From assembly GCA_007376285.1 (NCBI GenBank), contig VMFZ01000001.1, positions 11,033 through 75,032 of the forward strand: a stretch of 64,000 nt of DNA, read 5' to 3'. A program made the position numbers and the translations under genes. This document shows, in pieces, positions 11,701-19,571 of this stretch (the stretch's first letter is position 1; every line of letters begins with the position of its first letter). This DNA is from Parcubacteria group bacterium Gr01-1014_17. Its GTDB lineage: Bacteria > Patescibacteriota > Minisyncoccia > Phycocordibacterales > UBA10002. The notes under the pieces are model-generated. The model was not told where the DNA came from and ran no database searches. It worked only from the letters and a program-made list of their open reading frames with translations.

Positions 11701-12001
11701 CCTCATACGAGAGCTTGTTCGATTTTGCGGAATGTTCATCGCATTTCGGCTCCGAGATTGTAATACCGGAAAATTCTAGTTCAAACTTTTTGCTAGAATA
11801 ATCGCGTATCGGAGAAAACTCCTTAAACACTGACTTTAGACCCTTTTCCAAAAACCAGCGGAATGAATCCAGTTGGGGTTCAACAAAGTTTGGGTATTTC
11901 GCGAGCGGCTCGCGAAAATTCCCGAAATACTTCTTAGGACGCTTTGCAACGCCCGCGACATCAATGGCAATTCCCATATAATTGGAACGCAATAAAAACA
12001 A
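8741..12001 (-). CDS. rpoB: DNA-directed RNA polymerase subunit beta
   Basis: 1086 aa; conserved rpoB blocks (GRHGNKGV, NMQRQA-like); immediately upstream of rpoC. Confidence 0.98.
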   Translation of the reverse strand: MFLLRSNYMGIAIDVAGVAKRPKKYFGNFREPLAKYPNFVEPQLDSFRWFLEKGLKSVFKEFSPIRDYSSKKFELEFSGITISEPKCDEHSAKSNKLSYEASIKAVVRLKNKLAGTEKEQEIFMSDVPLMTNHGTFVISGVERVIVPQLARSFGVFFTAEEAKGKKYFGAKIMPARGAWIEIDTDPDGAIYVRIDRKRKFPLSSLFRILGAETDDAIKALFAGTAVESFITATLAKDHAKEVSQAYLEIYKRLRDGEIATPDTARTFVKSIFDVDRYNLSKVGRFRFNRRFEKLMTDKESERMTLSLDDVVTAVTHVGKLSTTPGAVEDDIDHLGSRRVRFVGELLEQKVRVGMTQMKRNLQDRMSTVESDLTLPSQFISPKPLQARIREFFTTNQLSQFMQQENILAEIEHLRTVSALGPGGLTRERAGFEVRDVHPSHYGRLCPIQTPEGGSIGLILRLSNYARLNEFGMIETPYARVKDGVITKEIVYFGASEEEGHKIAHAASLRDEHGRLLEQELEVRVNGAPAMVRATDVNLIDVATNQAFSITTSMIPFLNHDDANRALMGSNMQKQATPCLVPEAPLVATGIEGKAARDTGRLVLAEEEGVVSFVDARRVSVKNVKGKERSYPLVPFQRTNGFTAFHQRPAVSVGDKVKKGGLLADTSSSEGGEMALGHNVLVAFMSWAGANYEDAIIISERLVRESKFTSIHIEEFVVNVRDTKLGPEITTHDIPNVGEAKLKNLDEDGVICIGAEVRPGDILVGKITPKGETQLTPEERLLRSLFGEKARDVKDTSKRMEGGKRGRIISVKVFSREHGDKLESGILKRIHIEVAELRKVSVGDKLAGRHGNKGVISKILPVEEMPFTEDGTPIDLILTPLGVPSRMNLGQILELHLGLAAGSLGYQAIVPPFAGATDAEIKDELEKAGFQRSGKMKLHDGRTGEAFAQDIAVGTMYIMKLHHMVEDKIHMRSIGPYSMITQQPLGGKAQGGGQRFGEMEVWALLGHGAAYTLREMLTIKSDDIPGRAAAFDSIVKGEPISYSGVPASFSVLLNNLRGLALDADLQGGKKGDNDAGLRPRSRPRTRS

Positions 12002-12263
12002 AAGAAAACAAAAGCCCTCGCCAAGGCCTTTGTGGTGTGCTGCTAATTGTTATTTAGTTGTTCGAACGCAAAATGGCGCTCTATTGCTTACTAAAAAGCG
12101 TCCCGCGGAACTCAATCGTGTATATATCAAATGTACTCGGGCAGTATATACCCACTCATATTTTCTGTCAAATGCAAGTTTGGAGGGTGTGGATAACTCC
12201 CCCACTCGCAAAAACAGCCGAGTGCGCGGTCGGTTGTTTTTTTGTTCTTTCCCGCATCCGTCT

Positions 12264-12291
12264 ATACAGACATTTTGCAAAATGTCTGTAT
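12264..12291. promoter_or_regulatory. perfect 28-bp palindrome ATACAGACATTTTGCAAAATGTCTGTAT, copy 1, between arsR stop and the rpoB leader
   Basis: exact inverted repeat read in the sequence; identical copy at 12625-12652. Confidence 0.5.
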
Positions 12292-12325
12292 GACAAATGG
12301 CGATAAATGTTCTGTAATTAAACAA

Positions 12326-12604
12326 TTAGTTTTCCGACAGTTCTTTGCAGAAAGAGAGCACCGCTTCCGCCCGCTCGGTTATCTTGTGCCGCACCTCTTT
12401 TCCTTGATACCGTTTCAACACCAAACCCGCAATCGCAAGTTTTCGGATGTGGTCGGAAGTATTTTCATAATTTGAATCAAACGCTCTCGCAATTTCTATA
12501 ACGGACAGTTCCGGTTTTTTCTTAAGCAATGCCAAAATTGCTAATCGCCGATGGTTTGCAAAGCCCTTGATAATTCGCTCCAGTGGTCGCCCTTCAATAC
12601 TCAT
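12326..12604 (-). CDS. ArsR/SmtB-family winged-HTH transcriptional regulator
   Basis: 92 aa; HANHRRLAILALL..LSVIEIARAF..NTSDHIRKL HTH signature. Confidence 0.8.
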   Translation of the reverse strand: MSIEGRPLERIIKGFANHRRLAILALLKKKPELSVIEIARAFDSNYENTSDHIRKLAIAGLVLKRYQGKEVRHKITERAEAVLSFCKELSEN

Positions 12605-12624
12605 GTTGTCTTTATCTTACTCTT

Positions 12625-12652
12625 ATACAGACATTTTGCAAAATGTCTGTAT
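12625..12652. promoter_or_regulatory. perfect 28-bp palindrome, copy 2, 21-48 bp upstream of the arsR start (candidate autoregulatory operator)
   Basis: identical to 12264-12291; 12-2-12 architecture typical of ArsR-family operators. Confidence 0.5.
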
Positions 12653-12661
12653 ATACCACAG

Positions 12662-12728
12662 ACACCCGATGTTTGCCGCCTATTCCGCCTCATCGGCGGA
12701 TCGCCGAAAAGGAGACAACATTGGGTGT
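12662..12728. repeat. GC-rich nested palindromic element (family H: ACACCCGATGTTTGCC..CGCCTCATCGGCGG.TCGCCGA..GACAACAT.GGGTGT)
   Basis: long hairpin; family members at 21924, 23229, 31789, 32761, 35328, 37280, 46531, 54121. Confidence 0.7.
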
Positions 12729-12887
12729 TGGGTGGTTTTGAGTTATCAACACCCGGTTGTAATTTTCATGTAGACAGTATATACTGTTTGCGTGTCTGCG
12801 GGACGTCAGTCCTATCTAGCCATATTCTGCGCTGGAGACAGGCACACTAAAGGACACCGCTTATCGCGGTGTTTTTTAGTACCTCTT

Positions 12888-14372
12888 CTACTTCGGTCGC
12901 AAAGTCGGAAAAAAAATCACATCCCGAATATTATGAGAATCAGTGAGAAGCATCACGAGGCGTTCAACGCCGATGCCGACACCGCCGGCGGGCGGCATAC
13001 CGTATTCAAGCGCTTCCAGAAATGATTCATCGGATGGTTCGGCTTCCGCGTCCCCCGCTTTGCGCCTGCGTTCTTGCTCTTCAAATCGCGCGCGCTGTTC
13101 TATGGGGTCATTCAATTCTGAAAACGCTTTAACAAGCTCAACACCTCCTGCATAGAGTTGGAATGCATCAACGAGTGCTGGGTTTTCTTCTTTGTTTTTT
13201 GCAAGCGGGAGCATATCTTTCGGATAATCAATTACAAATGTCGGCTGAATGAGCTTTGGCCGCACCGTGCGCTTAAAAAGCGCGTCAAGAATTTTTTCGC
13301 GCGTATCCCCTTCTTTTACTGAAGCGCCAAGCCGCTTTCCGGCAAGCAGAAGCGCATCGGAAGATGCTCCGGCTGGATTTGGAATAAGCGCATAGCGTTC
13401 AATCAATTCAAAGTAGGAGGCAGTTGCAAATGGTTTGCTAAAATCAATCTCAACTCCTTCGTGTGATATTTTTGTTTTTCCAAGCGCCACCTTCACCACC
13501 GTTTTCAATACTTCCTCGACAAACGCGCGCTGGCGCGCGGCATCGCTATACGCTTCGTACCATTCCACAGTGGTAAATTCTGGATTGTGCGTAACATCAA
13601 TACCCTCGTTTCTGAAGCTCCTGCCGATTTCAAACACTTTCGGAAACCCTCCGATAAGCAACTTTTTCAAATCAAGCTCTGGCGCAATGCGTAAAAACAA
13701 GCCGACGCCCAAAGCATTATGATGCGTCTTAAATGGCTCTGCGTTGGCGCCTCCAGGAATTGGCTGAAGCATTGAGGTTTCAACTTCCAAAAACCCGTCA
13801 TCGTTTAAAGAGCGCCGCAATTCCGACACAATGCGCGAACGCAAAATAAATCGCGTGCGCGATTCTTCATTCATTAAAGTATCAAGATAACGCTTGCGGA
13901 ACTGTTCTTCCGTATCGGTAAGCCCAGCCCATTTTTCTGGAAGCGGGCGAAGCGCTTTCGCAAGCATCCGCCATGATGCAACTTGCAGTGTTTCTTCCCC
14001 GCTTTTTGTTTTGAAGAGAGTACCGCTCGCTTCTACAAAATCCCCAATATCTACCACTTCATTCCACAGTTCAAACGCTTCTGTTATATCGTCTTTTTTA
14101 AGCAATCCTTGGAAATTACCCGTGCCGTCATTAAAGTCAAAGAAAATTAGCGCGCCCTGCGCGCGCATCCCCATCACGCGCCCAGCAAGTGTTACGGACT
14201 TTTTCTTCGCCAGCGCCGCGAATTTTTTGCGCGCGTCCACAAGCGCGCAGTCAGGACGCGCGGAAATTGGATACGGCGAAACTCCGCGCTCGCGGAGCAA
14301 CTGCAATTTTTTCAGGCGCACTGCGCGCAATTCTTCAAATGAAGACATAGATAATTTATTAAAATTATTCAA
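12888..14372 (-). CDS. lysS: lysine--tRNA ligase (class II)
   Basis: 494 aa; N-terminal OB anticodon-binding domain and class II catalytic motifs. Confidence 0.93.
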   Translation of the reverse strand: MNNFNKLSMSSFEELRAVRLKKLQLLRERGVSPYPISARPDCALVDARKKFAALAKKKSVTLAGRVMGMRAQGALIFFDFNDGTGNFQGLLKKDDITEAFELWNEVVDIGDFVEASGTLFKTKSGEETLQVASWRMLAKALRPLPEKWAGLTDTEEQFRKRYLDTLMNEESRTRFILRSRIVSELRRSLNDDGFLEVETSMLQPIPGGANAEPFKTHHNALGVGLFLRIAPELDLKKLLIGGFPKVFEIGRSFRNEGIDVTHNPEFTTVEWYEAYSDAARQRAFVEEVLKTVVKVALGKTKISHEGVEIDFSKPFATASYFELIERYALIPNPAGASSDALLLAGKRLGASVKEGDTREKILDALFKRTVRPKLIQPTFVIDYPKDMLPLAKNKEENPALVDAFQLYAGGVELVKAFSELNDPIEQRARFEEQERRRKAGDAEAEPSDESFLEALEYGMPPAGGVGIGVERLVMLLTDSHNIRDVIFFPTLRPK

Positions 14373-14835
14373 CGCTTATTATCTCATATTCGCTCTCGCC
14401 TGTCGGGGTCTTTACGGAAAATGCATCGCCAGCTTTTTTTCCCACCATTGCCTGCGCGAGCGGAGAATCAAGAGACACGCTCCCTCCCGCCACATCGCCT
14501 TCTTCCGAACCCACAATTCTATATGAAAGCTCTTTCCCGTCTTTTCCGCGCTTCAAAAACACTTGCGAGCCGATGCCGACGGTATCTCCCTGCGCGCGCT
14601 TTTCAAGAATGCATGCGCTTTTAAGCAAGTAATCCAGCTTTGCAATCCGGTCTTCCAACTGCGCCTGCGCCGCGCGCGCTTCGTGATACTCGGCATTTTC
14701 AGACAAATCGCCGAGCGATTTCGCATACTCAAGATTTTCCGCAACCTCCTTGCGGCGCGCGGTTTTGAGCGACTGAAGCTCTTCCGAAAGCTCGTCAAAC
14801 TTTTCTTTTGTCAGACGGACGGTGGTGTCAGTCAT
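14365..14835 (-). CDS. greA: transcription elongation factor GreA
   Basis: 156 aa; N-terminal coiled coil with DLSENAEY, C-terminal FKBP-like domain. Confidence 0.9.
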   Translation of the reverse strand: MTDTTVRLTKEKFDELSEELQSLKTARRKEVAENLEYAKSLGDLSENAEYHEARAAQAQLEDRIAKLDYLLKSACILEKRAQGDTVGIGSQVFLKRGKDGKELSYRIVGSEEGDVAGGSVSLDSPLAQAMVGKKAGDAFSVKTPTGESEYEIISVE

Positions 14836-14902
14836 AAAAATTAAAAAACAGATTTTTAATAACCCTATAGTACCCCAAGAACAAATAAAATAACAGGCAC
14901 GA

Positions 14903-16609
14903 CTATTTCAAATACTCCGGTGCGTTGAGAAAGAGCCACTCAAAAAACTGTTTCATTACATACACACCACCGACAGTGTTCTCGCGCGGACCTTTTTCCA
15001 ATAAGACGACAAATGCATAGCGCGGCGCTTCGTATGGGAAAAATCCGACCACCCACGAATGCACGCGCTTTTTTGCAATTCCCACTTCAGCGGTCCCTGT
15101 TTTTGCCGCAACTGATAAGAACGGAAAATAGAGCCCGCTCGCCGTGCCTTCGGTTACCGCAAGCCGCATTCCCTCGCGCACCACGCGTAAATTCTTTTCC
15201 AACACTGGCACGCTCTGTTCGTCCGCTTTTTCTCCTGCAATCAGAGTCGGCTGAAGCAATCTACCTCCGTTTGCAACCGCAGAAACAGCGCGAAGCATTT
15301 GCAATGGCGTTACTAACATTCCGTATTGCCCGATAGAAGTGTTATAGGTATCGCCGATTCTCCATTGGTCGTCCGGAAACTCAATTTTTTTCCAATCCGG
15401 ACCCGGAATCGTGCCAATTGCGCCGCCCAAAAGAGGGTCTGCGAGCATCTCACCCATTCCGAACAAACGCAGATATTTTTCCATGCGCGCAATGCCAAGT
15501 CCTTTCTGATTTTCAAACCCGCCTCCGATTTCATAAAAATATACATCAGACGACACCGCGAGCGCCTGTCGCATATCCACCCATCCATGCGCTTTCCAAT
15601 CGTTAAATACGGATGTGCGTTTCGGGTCGTATGGGTTCGGAATTGAAATAGAGCCGGTGCTCAAGATTTTCTGTTCCGGAGAAATTACTTTTTCTTCAAG
15701 CGCTGCGGCTGCTAAAAGCGGCTTCACAATAGAACCGGGCGCATAGAGCCCAGCAGTAGCGCGGTCCAAAAATGGTTTCTTCGTGTCGTTCACAAAACTC
15801 GCAATGCGCGACGCGGGAGCGCCATCCGAGAGAATCTGCGGGGCATATTCGGGCGCGCTCGTCAGTGCAATCACTTCTCCGTTTGACACATCCATAAGCG
15901 CCGCCGCTCCACCTTCAAACCCTACTGCACGCATACGCTCCATAAGCAATCCGTAAAGTATTTCGTTCAAACGCGCATCAATTGAAAGCTGTAAATCATT
16001 ACCTTTGCGCGGCAAGTTCACAACACTTTCAGACACTACCGTGCCGCGGACATCTAGTTCAAGAGTTCGTACGCCGTTCTCGCCAGCAAGCGCTTCATTG
16101 TATACACTCTCAGCACCAGCGACTCCTTTGAAATCGTCTCTCACATAAAAACCACTAGAATCCTTGCTAGGATATTTAAGAAAACCAATAGTATGCGCAG
16201 AGCCGGAGCGCGGCGCGTAGCGCCGCGCTAAAAATTCTGAATGCGCTACATCAGGCACATTCCACGCCAGTGGCTCTCCGTTTCGGTCAAGCAGTCGCCC
16301 GCGCTCCGCAAACAATGGAGTTGTCTTGAGCGTATTATCACGACTCCTTTCTGCATATTGTTTCCCTTCTGCAATCTGAATCTGCCAGAGGCGCGCGCCA
16401 AATAGAACGACTATAAATGTAAAAAAAACACCGAGTGCGAGCGCGGAGCCGGCGCCAAGCGGCCTCTCAATACGCCCTTCAAATTGTGATTTATCAAACG
16501 CGGGCAGGTTGACATCGTCAAGAAAAATCTCGTCGGGAGAGATTTCTACGCCAAATTTCTTTTTTTTTAATTTCTGGAATACCATCGCAGTGATTTTTTT
16601 AACCGCCAT
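14903..16609 (-). CDS. mrdA: penicillin-binding protein 2 (peptidoglycan D,D-transpeptidase)
   Basis: SxxK-containing SIVKPLLAAAAL, SIGQYG, KTG(T) motifs; downstream of mreBCD. Confidence 0.85.
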   Translation of the reverse strand: MAVKKITAMVFQKLKKKKFGVEISPDEIFLDDVNLPAFDKSQFEGRIERPLGAGSALALGVFFTFIVVLFGARLWQIQIAEGKQYAERSRDNTLKTTPLFAERGRLLDRNGEPLAWNVPDVAHSEFLARRYAPRSGSAHTIGFLKYPSKDSSGFYVRDDFKGVAGAESVYNEALAGENGVRTLELDVRGTVVSESVVNLPRKGNDLQLSIDARLNEILYGLLMERMRAVGFEGGAAALMDVSNGEVIALTSAPEYAPQILSDGAPASRIASFVNDTKKPFLDRATAGLYAPGSIVKPLLAAAALEEKVISPEQKILSTGSISIPNPYDPKRTSVFNDWKAHGWVDMRQALAVSSDVYFYEIGGGFENQKGLGIARMEKYLRLFGMGEMLADPLLGGAIGTIPGPDWKKIEFPDDQWRIGDTYNTSIGQYGMLVTPLQMLRAVSAVANGGRLLQPTLIAGEKADEQSVPVLEKNLRVVREGMRLAVTEGTASGLYFPFLSVAAKTGTAEVGIAKKRVHSWVVGFFPYEAPRYAFVVLLEKGPRENTVGGVYVMKQFFEWLFLNAPEYLK

Positions 16610-16842
16610 ACCGCTAGTAAAGATGCCGCTATTAGAACTGTATATACAAACTGAAACCCAAACCAGCGCGGCTCAGGTGTGGCGTAAAGCGCATCCAATA
16701 CAACACCAATGACAACCGCTTCCCAAAACCGCGGAAAGAAAAAAGCCGCTCCGACCGCCGCTGCGGCGATTGCGGCCTGCGGCGCAACCGCCGCTCCGAT
16801 GAGAAGTGCAACAACGGCCAGTATCCTATAAAAACGCATCAT
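16567..16842 (-). CDS. mreD: rod shape-determining protein MreD-like small polytopic membrane protein
   Basis: 91 aa, hydrophobic, positioned between mreC and pbp2. Confidence 0.55.
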   Translation of the reverse strand: MMRFYRILAVVALLIGAAVAPQAAIAAAAVGAAFFFPRFWEAVVIGVVLDALYATPEPRWFGFQFVYTVLIAASLLAVWRLKKSLRWYSRN

Positions 16843-17669
16843 AAATTTAAATCACCCACCTCCACCATTCGCAACTCAAAGATATTCACAGGCAGGCGGA
16901 GATACAATTTAGATACTCCTTCGCCTGCTTCCATTATCGCGTCCACAATCGCAAACAATTTCGGAGAAATGCTTACAGCAAAGGCCCCGTCTCCCACCGA
17001 TATCGGAATATCTTTCGCTATTTCCGCCTCAAAGGTCCCGCCTCCATTACCTACAAGTTCAACAGGAAACTTTCCAGAAATCTGCGTAATTGTTTTCTTG
17101 CCTGCGGTTGAATAGAGCGAAACAAGCGAAGTAGCGCCGCGTACTTCCGCAACCTCTCCAATCACAAATCCAAACGTGGATACCGGCATACCGATATGTA
17201 CACCATCGTCATACCCTGCGCCGATAATAAGCGTGTCGTACACGCTCCAGCGCGGCCGCGACAACACAGCTGCCACCAGAACCACATTCGTGCTCGGTTG
17301 CTGTAATATTTCATCAGGCACTGCGGAAATGGACCTTAAAAACTCATTCTCGGACTTTACGCGCGCGAGATCTTCCTCAAGCGCCGCGATTTCATCGGAA
17401 AGCGCGGCACGCGAACTAAAAAACGCACCAATAGGAGCAGATGCGGTGAGCGCGCTATCGCGCGCGTAAAACAGGGGTTCTGCAATCCCGGATGCAATTG
17501 GTGAGGAAATATTGGGCGCGAGCCATTGCAATACAAAAATTGTGAGCGCGAAAACAGCTGCGCCGGTGAATGCGTGGAAGTACGCGGCGCGGGATTTTTT
17601 ACGCTGGAGGAGGAAGTTCATTGGAATCAGGTTCAACAAGTAAATCCGAAAACTCGTCAAGCCGTTCAA
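16839..17669 (-). CDS. mreC: rod shape-determining protein MreC
   Basis: N-terminal TM and coiled coil, C-terminal beta domain. The likelier start is Met17 at 17621 (ATGAACTTCCTC), which overlaps the mreB stop by 23 nt. Confidence 0.75.
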   Translation of the reverse strand: MNGLTSFRIYLLNLIPMNFLLQRKKSRAAYFHAFTGAAVFALTIFVLQWLAPNISSPIASGIAEPLFYARDSALTASAPIGAFFSSRAALSDEIAALEEDLARVKSENEFLRSISAVPDEILQQPSTNVVLVAAVLSRPRWSVYDTLIIGAGYDDGVHIGMPVSTFGFVIGEVAEVRGATSLVSLYSTAGKKTITQISGKFPVELVGNGGGTFEAEIAKDIPISVGDGAFAVSISPKLFAIVDAIMEAGEGVSKLYLRLPVNIFELRMVEVGDLNL

Positions 17670-18666
17670 GAATCACGCCTGCGCCGCGCGCGACTGCGGT
17701 CAAGGGCTCCTCGCCAATATGCACCGGAATCTTCATATGCTCTTCAATCAATGCATCAAGTCCGCGGAGAAGCGCCCCACCACCGACTAAGTACATGCCG
17801 CGGTGCATAATGTCTGCGACGAGTTCCGGCGGGGTCGTTTCCAGCACCCCGCGGATTGATTCAAGTAAAATATCAAGCGATGGCGCGAGCGCGTCGCGCA
17901 CATCCGAATCTGTAATGACGGCTTCGCGCGGAAGTCCGGTGATAATGTCGCGCCCGCGCACGGCGGTTTGCAAAAGTTCCCGCTGGGGCATTGCCGAACC
18001 GATTGCAATTTTAAGTCCTTCCGCGGTCTTCTCACCGATAAGCACTTTGTATTCGCTCCGCACGAAACTGATGATGTCATTGTTGAAACGGTCTCCTGCG
18101 ATTTTCAAACCCTTTGAACGCACGACACCGCCCATAGATATCACGACGATATCGGATGTGCCGCCGCCAATATCCACCACCATAGTACCGACCGGTTCTT
18201 TGATGGGAAGACGCATCCCGACTGCGGCGGCAATCGCCTCGTCTACGAGAAACACTTCACGCGCGCCGCGGCTTTCGGTCGCGTCACGCACCGCGCGCGT
18301 TTCAACATTCGTAACGCCTGCAGGCACGCCGACAATCACGCGTGGCCCGAGCATGGCGCGCTGACCCCCTTCGGCGCGGCGCATCAAGTACGCGAGCATC
18401 TCTTCCGTTACTTCAAAATCGGAAATCACGCCGCCAACCATTGGCTTCACTGCTATGATGTGCGGCGGGGTGCGCCCGAGCATTTCCTTTGCCGCGGAGC
18501 CGACTGCGACCACTTGGTTTGTTTTTTGGTTCACGGCAACAACCGACGGCTCGTTAATAACGATGCCCCTGCCGCGCACATACACCAAAGTATTCGCGGT
18601 GCCGAGGTCAATCGCAATGTCGTTTGAAAACCGCCGCCTGAGTTTGTTCCAGTAGGTTTTGAACAT
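17599..18666 (-). CDS. mreB: rod shape-determining protein MreB (actin homologue)
   Basis: IAIDLGTANTLVYV phosphate-1 motif; start set at Met55 of the 409-aa ORF, the upstream extension has no homology. Confidence 0.93.
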   Translation of the reverse strand: MFKTYWNKLRRRFSNDIAIDLGTANTLVYVRGRGIVINEPSVVAVNQKTNQVVAVGSAAKEMLGRTPPHIIAVKPMVGGVISDFEVTEEMLAYLMRRAEGGQRAMLGPRVIVGVPAGVTNVETRAVRDATESRGAREVFLVDEAIAAAVGMRLPIKEPVGTMVVDIGGGTSDIVVISMGGVVRSKGLKIAGDRFNNDIISFVRSEYKVLIGEKTAEGLKIAIGSAMPQRELLQTAVRGRDIITGLPREAVITDSDVRDALAPSLDILLESIRGVLETTPPELVADIMHRGMYLVGGGALLRGLDALIEEHMKIPVHIGEEPLTAVARGAGVILERLDEFSDLLVEPDSNELPPPA

Positions 18667-18860
18667 AGGAGAATGGTGCAGACAGTATGCCTGTTTTTCC
18701 GACAAATGAAAACGCTTGACATAATTTAACTTAACCAATATACTTATATTCCGAAGCAAAAGTATCGCTAAATGCGCTCGACGCGCACGCCGCATGGTTC
18801 GCCCAGCGGCTTTTTTTATTCCCCCCAACCCATTTCTTTTTTTTATTCCTTCTTCTCCAA

Positions 18861-18898
18861 CTATTCCAACTACTTGCTATAGCAGATAAATGGAAGAG
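18861..18898. repeat. 38-bp imperfect palindrome CTATTCCAACTACTTGCTATAGCAG.TAA.TGGAA.AG, copy 1
   Basis: centre TTGCTATAGCAA is a perfect palindrome; copies at 19510-19549 and 37213-37250. Confidence 0.7.
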
Positions 18899-18901
18899 GT
18901 G

Positions 18902-19483
18902 TTATTTCTTGAGTTCAAAATGACGGAGCAACTCGGCTTCGTGAGAGATAGTAGAAAGCGTTGCATAACGGACAAAATACCGCACATTGAAAAATGTGGC
19001 AATAAAATCAATCTCGTCACGGCAAGGATACGGATGTACGAACACCGACTTTTGCCAATGATAAAAGTCCAAATCGTACAGTTTCAATCGAAGCGACTCG
19101 CGCGCGGTTTTCCAGCCCTCGGGAATATCAAAAAAAACCGCGTGCCATATCCCGTCCCATTGTGTTGGCTTCGCTATCTCCATTTTGTGCAGATGAAAGG
19201 TGAGCGCCCGCTTTTTTCCGCGTTCCAAAAGAACCACGGTTCGTGTTCCGCCTTCATCTTCTTCTATACTGACTAATTGTTCATCTTCAAATTCCCGAAT
19301 AATACGATAGAGATAGGCGCGGTTAATCTGTTTCCATTCTTTCGCCAACTCTTCAAAAATCCGAAACTGCCGTGGTAGGGTTCCGGCAAAACTAAGCGCC
19401 ACGCCCGCTTGCAGTAACAGAAGCACTTTCTGCTTGACGGGACTAGAGATGCGTCTTTTGCGTACAAAGATTGTTTTTCTCAT
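18902..19483 (-). CDS. PaaX-like regulator (N-terminal wHTH plus C-terminal Cas2-fold PaaX_C-like domain), flanked by inverted repeats
   Basis: 193 aa; C-terminal DGIWHAVFFDIPEGWKTARESLRLKLYDLDFYHWQKSVFVHPY resembles the PaaX C-domain. Confidence 0.5.
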   Translation of the reverse strand: MRKTIFVRKRRISSPVKQKVLLLLQAGVALSFAGTLPRQFRIFEELAKEWKQINRAYLYRIIREFEDEQLVSIEEDEGGTRTVVLLERGKKRALTFHLHKMEIAKPTQWDGIWHAVFFDIPEGWKTARESLRLKLYDLDFYHWQKSVFVHPYPCRDEIDFIATFFNVRYFVRYATLSTISHEAELLRHFELKK

Positions 19484-19509
19484 TTCTTTTATCTTATTTT
19501 ATTTTGATA

Positions 19510-19549
19510 CCTCTCCCAACTACTTGCTATAGCAAGTAACTGGAATAGG
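19510..19549. repeat. 38-40-bp imperfect palindrome, copy 2, 27 bp upstream of the PaaX-like start
   Basis: CCAACTACTTGCTATAGCAAGTAACTGG. Confidence 0.7.
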
Positions 19550-19571
19550 TCACCATTACACCAATAAGTTG

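Noticed and set aside
12002-12325. Possible CRISPR array, given the many repeats
   Set aside because: The repeats are palindromic and of several unrelated families at irregular spacing, with no unique spacers and no cas genes. Not a CRISPR locus.
18667-18828. 54-codon N-terminal extension on mreB (ORF track 409 aa)
   Set aside because: No homology. MreB begins at the canonical MFKTYW...IAIDLGTANT; the extension overlaps mreC.
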